From assembly GCA_964534375.1 (NCBI GenBank), contig CAZHPN010000127.1, forward strand, positions 1-18,726: a DNA stretch of 18,726 nucleotides, given 5' to 3'. The first letter of the stretch is position 1. Each line of letters starts with the position of its first letter. A program made the translations under genes and the position numbers. The DNA is from an uncultured bacterium (lineage in GTDB: Bacteria > Lernaellota > Lernaellaia > Lernaellales > Lernaellaceae). Under the pieces are notes generated by a model, which saw only the letters and a list, made by a program, of their open reading frames with translations, did no database searches and was not told where the DNA came from. This document shows, one piece after another, positions 14,944 to 18,726 of this stretch.

Positions 14944-16461
14944 CTACCGGCCCTCCGCTTTCTTGAGCGCGACGAATCTTTCCTTCGTCGCGGCCAGATG
15001 CTCCGGCGGCGTCCACGGCACGAGGTTCTGCGGATCGTTCTCGTCGATCGCCGGCAGCGCAAATTCGGGGAACTTCTCGTGAATGAACTGGCGGATATCC
15101 AGCCCCAACATCGCCATTTGCGCATAGTAATAGGGCAAATTGTCCGCAATCGCCTGGCGATAGCGCGCCGTTTCGTTCGCCTCGCCGAGGATGGCCGCCG
15201 CGCGGTCGCGCAAGGCCGCTTCCAGGTTTTCCGCGCGGTAATCGACGTAGTAACGTTCGTACTCGCCGATTTCCTTCATCACGCCCATGATCCGCTCGTC
15301 GCGCGACAGCCCGATGAACGGCACGGCGCCCGGCATCGACAGCACCATCGCGTGGTAACGCGTGGTCGTGAGGATCGCCAACCGGCGCAGCAGCGCGCCG
15401 ATTTTCGCGCCGACGTATTCCTTGCAGGAGATGAGAATCGCCTTGCGCTTCATGTGCGCGATGAGGTCGCGGCAGGCGACGTCGTCGAGCGCCTCCATCG
15501 CCACGATGACCGGCTGCGTATCGTACGTTTCCGCCTGCCAATCCAGGTACGCGGCGCAGAGATCGCGAAACGCTTCGTACTTGCGGCGATCGGCGTCGTG
15601 GTAGTCGTAGAAATAAATCGATTTGTACTGGTTGGCGACGTTGCCGGTGATTTTCGCCTTGACGAACGCCGGCACATTCGGCAGCACCGGCCAAATGAAA
15701 TAATTCTGGAACGCCAGGCCGGCGAGGCGCTGTTTCCCGTCCCACCCGAGCTTGCGGAATTCCTCGTCCGCCCATTCGGGCGACTCGGTCGGCATCGACC
15801 AGGCGGTGTCGACGCGGGTCGTCGCGCCGGTCAGGCCGATGTCCGCCAGCACCTGCGTCGCTGGCGCCGAGCGGGTGATCAGTTTCATGTCGCGGCAGAG
15901 CAGCCACGACGCGTAGTTGTTGATCCGGTTCATTTTCCCGGCGTCCGCGGCGTACGAGAAACACGGCTTGCCGAGCTGGCGCGCGAGGCCCGCGCCGTAC
16001 AGAAAGTACAACAGCAGCGCGGTCGCGAAATTTTCCTTCCAGCACGAGCCTTCGACCAGCACGACGACGTGGTTTTTCAGCACCTCGCGAAAGATGCCGC
16101 CGAAAAACACCGTGTTGAACTTGCGCAGATTGACGGTGTAGCCCTGGAAATATTCCGCGGCCTGCTCCGGGTCGAGCGTCGTCATATTGATGTCGACGTT
16201 TTCCGCGCCGAGCACTTGTTGCGTCTGGCGGATGCACTCGGCGACGCGCACCTCGGCGCCCGTATTGCGCGCGCCCGAGTAAGCCAAGAACAGCACTTGC
16301 AGTTTCTCGCCGGGCCGCCAGCGCTTGGCGCCGCCCAGGACTTTCGCTCCCGCGCCCAGCACGTACACCAAGCCGACCGTCAATGCCGAATAGGCGACAT
16401 CGAAGGCGTTGGCCGTTTCGTAGCCGCCGGGCATGCCGCGATATTTTTGCAAAGCTTCCAT
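14944..16461 (-). CDS. Polysaccharide pyruvyl transferase family protein (CsaB/WcaK-like)
   Basis: N-terminal AYSGARNTGAE (compare GYYG..N.GDE), LITRS, VDTAW (compare D.AF) and TTRYHAMVLS (compare R.H..I.A). RBS AAGGAG upstream. Confidence 0.78.
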   Translation of the reverse strand: MEALQKYRGMPGGYETANAFDVAYSALTVGLVYVLGAGAKVLGGAKRWRPGEKLQVLFLAYSGARNTGAEVRVAECIRQTQQVLGAENVDINMTTLDPEQAAEYFQGYTVNLRKFNTVFFGGIFREVLKNHVVVLVEGSCWKENFATALLLYFLYGAGLARQLGKPCFSYAADAGKMNRINNYASWLLCRDMKLITRSAPATQVLADIGLTGATTRVDTAWSMPTESPEWADEEFRKLGWDGKQRLAGLAFQNYFIWPVLPNVPAFVKAKITGNVANQYKSIYFYDYHDADRRKYEAFRDLCAAYLDWQAETYDTQPVIVAMEALDDVACRDLIAHMKRKAILISCKEYVGAKIGALLRRLAILTTTRYHAMVLSMPGAVPFIGLSRDERIMGVMKEIGEYERYYVDYRAENLEAALRDRAAAILGEANETARYRQAIADNLPYYYAQMAMLGLDIRQFIHEKFPEFALPAIDENDPQNLVPWTPPEHLAATKERFVALKKAEGR

Positions 16462-16525
16462 GGTTCGCCGCTCCTTTGCGCGCGTGTTGGGCGGCCGGTC
16501 CGCCGGGTCTGAAAATCGCCTGCCG

Positions 16526-17365
16526 TCAGGCCGCGGTCTGACCGTTGCCGCCGGCGGATTTGCTGCGCGTCAGGAACAGATCGCTGAAGAAACTGATCAT
16601 GTTGCCGACCGGCGACACGGCGCGCGCGTACTTGGCGAAGGTGTTGAGCACGTTGACCATTTCGACGTGCTTGCCGCTCTTGACCGCTTTGTAGATGATC
16701 TTGCCGACCGTCTCCGGCGATTGCGAGTACAACGGCAGCAGCATCATCGACAGCTTGCCGCCGACCGTATCGGTTTGGATATCATCATAAAGGCCGGTGT
16801 TCACCATGTACGGATACACCGTCGTGACCTTGACGCCGTATTTCCGCACTTCCCAGTGCAGCACTTCGGAAAACACGCCCAGCGCCGCCTTGATCGCCGC
16901 GTACGGGCCCCAGGTCGGCAGTTGGAAAAACGCCTGACCGGAAGAAACGTTGATAATCTGGCCGCCCTTGTTCTTGATCATCGACGGCAGAAACGCGTAC
17001 GTGTGATAAAGCACGCCCCAAAAGTCGACGTCCATCAGCCGCCGCCATTGTTCGATCGGCGTGGTCGCGATCTCGCCCATGTAGCCGACGCCCGCGTTGT
17101 TGATCAGCACATCGAGCCGGCCGTACTTCTTGAGCACATCGGCCGCCAATTTCTCGACCTGCTTCTGGTCGGCGACGTTGACCACGTACGTGTCGACCTT
17201 CGCCCCGTGGGCCACGAGTTTCGCCTTCGTGTCCGCCAGCGCCTTGGCGTTGACGTCGGTGAGGATCAGCCGGCTGCCGTCCTTCGCGAAGTTCTTGGCG
17301 ATGCAGCAACCGATGCCCGCCGCGCCGCCGGTGATGAGAATCGTCTTATCGCGGTACTTGGCCAT
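16526..17365 (-). CDS. Short-chain dehydrogenase/reductase (classical SDR, 279 aa)
   Basis: Start moved to ATG 17365 (MAKYRDK). TGGAAGIG, NNAG, NVSS, catalytic YAAIK and PYMVNT. Asp at the end of beta2 (LTDVN) suggests NAD(H) preference. Confidence 0.93.
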   Translation of the reverse strand: MAKYRDKTILITGGAAGIGCCIAKNFAKDGSRLILTDVNAKALADTKAKLVAHGAKVDTYVVNVADQKQVEKLAADVLKKYGRLDVLINNAGVGYMGEIATTPIEQWRRLMDVDFWGVLYHTYAFLPSMIKNKGGQIINVSSGQAFFQLPTWGPYAAIKAALGVFSEVLHWEVRKYGVKVTTVYPYMVNTGLYDDIQTDTVGGKLSMMLLPLYSQSPETVGKIIYKAVKSGKHVEMVNVLNTFAKYARAVSPVGNMISFFSDLFLTRSKSAGGNGQTAA

Positions 17366-17391
17366 CTTCGTTCCCCTTTGTTCTGACGTGT

Positions 17392-18048
17392 TTAGCCGCC
17401 GGTTTTCATTTCCGTCACGGCGGGGTAACGGCCGAAGCCCCGAAAGGCAAAGTCGACCCCGTCGACGATCAACTGCTCGCGTTGCAGGTCGGACAGCCGC
17501 CCCGCCGCGTTGCTCTTCAACAATCGGAGCGCGACGCCCACCACCGCCTCCGCCGCGACCCGCGAATTGCACGGCCGCGCAAAGCCCCGGGAAATCGCGT
17601 AATCGAGATAGAATTGGGCGATGTCGGCGAATCGCTCCAGCACGTCTTCGAGTTCCGTTTCGAAACCGCGGTCGATCGACGGCCCTTCCTCGAGAAAGAC
17701 GTGCAACAAATCGAGGTTTTCTTCCGCGGCCGCGACGGCCCGCCGCATAGCCGACAGCGACATTTCTTCATATTCGCGCGTGTCCGCCGGCAGCACCGCC
17801 GACATCGGCATGAATTCGGCCAGCATTTGCGCCGTGAACTGGTCGAAGAGCGCGCCGAAAATCTCGCGCTTGTCGCGGAAATGGCGGTAAAACGTGCCCT
17901 GCCCGACGTTCGCCTCTTTCGCGATATCGGACACGAGCGTCTTGTGATAGCCGTTGCGGATAAAAACGCGGCTGGCGGCGCGCAACAGATTGTGCCGCGT
18001 CGCCTGTTTGCGTTGGTTGTCGCGTTCCTGCCGTTCCACGTTCGCCAC
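17392..18048 (-). CDS. TetR/AcrR family transcriptional regulator
   Basis: LLRAASRVFIRNGYHKTLVSDIAKEANVGQGTFYRHFRDKREIF is a TetR HTH; GTG start. Confidence 0.93.
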   Translation of the reverse strand: MANVERQERDNQRKQATRHNLLRAASRVFIRNGYHKTLVSDIAKEANVGQGTFYRHFRDKREIFGALFDQFTAQMLAEFMPMSAVLPADTREYEEMSLSAMRRAVAAAEENLDLLHVFLEEGPSIDRGFETELEDVLERFADIAQFYLDYAISRGFARPCNSRVAAEAVVGVALRLLKSNAAGRLSDLQREQLIVDGVDFAFRGFGRYPAVTEMKTGG

Positions 18049-18104
18049 CTATTCGAGGTCCACCGGTCTTCGAAAGCGAAAGCGAGGGCCGGAGCCCGAA
18101 CGGC

Positions 18105-18134
18105 AATATATGTCGGGACGGACGGACTCGTCAA
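18105..18134 (-). promoter_or_regulatory. Putative sigma70 promoter of tetR-SDR with overlapping short inverted repeats
   Basis: Minus strand TTGACG (18134-18129), 18-nt spacer, TATATT (18110-18105). Overlapped by GACG-gact-CGTC (18121-18132) and ACGGA-n8-TCCGT (18122-18139). Confidence 0.45.
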
Positions 18135-18214
18135 TCCGTATCGTTTCCCCTACTTCGACACGCCCAAAGCAAGTCGCAACCTCTTGTTTTAAAAACCTCT
18201 TTTTCGCGGACAGG

Positions 18215-18726
18215 TCACGCCTGACCATCGTCGAATTTCATCAAAACCAGCCGCCGCAAGGGACGCAGGCCGGCCACGAGCGCAGCGATCGACACCAGGA
18301 TCAGCGCCAGGAAAATCACCGGGTTGTAACAGACCGACACGGCTTTGAAGTAGGTCGGCAACGCGCCGAGAATGTAGGCGAGACTCGCCAAACCAAACGC
18401 GTACGCCGGCCGGCCAGGCACGAGCGCCGCGGTCGCCGCCAACGTCACCGGCATCGTCATTTGAAAAATGAACAGACCAACGATGATCGCGACGGCGTTG
18501 TCGCCGCCAAACGCCAACAGCGGCGCCGAAATCAGCAGCGCGCCGACGCTGGTCGCCAGCCAGCCGAAGCGATCGGACCACACGCCGCCGTTGGCCTTGC
18601 CGGCGAAGGCCGCGGCGGCCACGGCGAAGGCGGTCATCGCCGTGGTCGGCATTTCGTAGCCCCCGGCCCGCCCGATTAGGGAACGCACGGCGATCGAGAC
18701 GAGCAACAGTGCGGCCAGGGCCGCCG
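18215..18726 (-). CDS. MFS-like membrane protein, C-terminal part (5' end outside the window)
   Basis: Frame open to the window end. Several TM helices, MFS motif-A-like GGVWSDRFGW, and FQMTMPVTL..PGRPAYAFGL. Confidence 0.75.
   Translation of the reverse strand, partial: AALAALLLVSIAVRSLIGRAGGYEMPTTAMTAFAVAAAAFAGKANGGVWSDRFGWLATSVGALLISAPLLAFGGDNAVAIIVGLFIFQMTMPVTLAATAALVPGRPAYAFGLASLAYILGALPTYFKAVSVCYNPVIFLALILVSIAALVAGLRPLRRLVLMKFDDGQA

Noticed and set aside
1998..16512. Long alternative ORFs (1998-3653, 4306-6126, 9390-10439, 10945-12846, 13238-14800, 14870-16237, 14998-16512)
   Set aside because: All overlap well-supported genes in antisense or shifted frames; Arg/Ala/Gly-rich products are typical high-GC artefacts.
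16526..17572. 348-aa extended SDR start
   Set aside because: The extension overlaps tetR; ATG 17365 has an RBS and places the TGxxxGIG motif at the normal N-terminal position.

Overview
High-GC bacterial window; gene content and the Asp-rich secreted proteins suggest a 'deltaproteobacteria'-like lineage, but this is inference only. Left to right: (1) a 3'-truncated EF-G paralogue (EF-G2 type, minus strand, absent from the ORF track because it runs off the window); (2) a lipoprotein heparinase II/III-like polysaccharide lyase with an Asp-rich linker; (3) a divergent EamA/DMT transporter coupled to a membrane-anchored alpha/alpha-barrel-like protein; (4) two paralogous small Cys-rich secreted proteins sharing a C-terminal SGCG-TM-GRRA(E)KK sorting-signal-like tail, a decayed third copy of that tail, and a divergent Cys-rich lipoprotein; (5) a 6TM voltage-gated K+ channel; (6) galU-priA; (7) on the minus strand, a partial MFS-like gene, TetR, SDR, a polysaccharide pyruvyl-transferase-like gene and a GT-C glycosyltransferase. 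Four of the larger intergenic spaces hold five different non-autonomous repeat types: a REP doublet, a 36-bp inverted-repeat element with stacked extra ends, a four-hairpin CCCTCTCCC element, and 7-mer and 9-mer tandem tracts. The best candidates for novelty are the Cys-rich CTERM-like cluster (6683-8364) and the stacked inverted-repeat element (9179-9477). No rRNA, tRNA, CRISPR array or transposase was seen.
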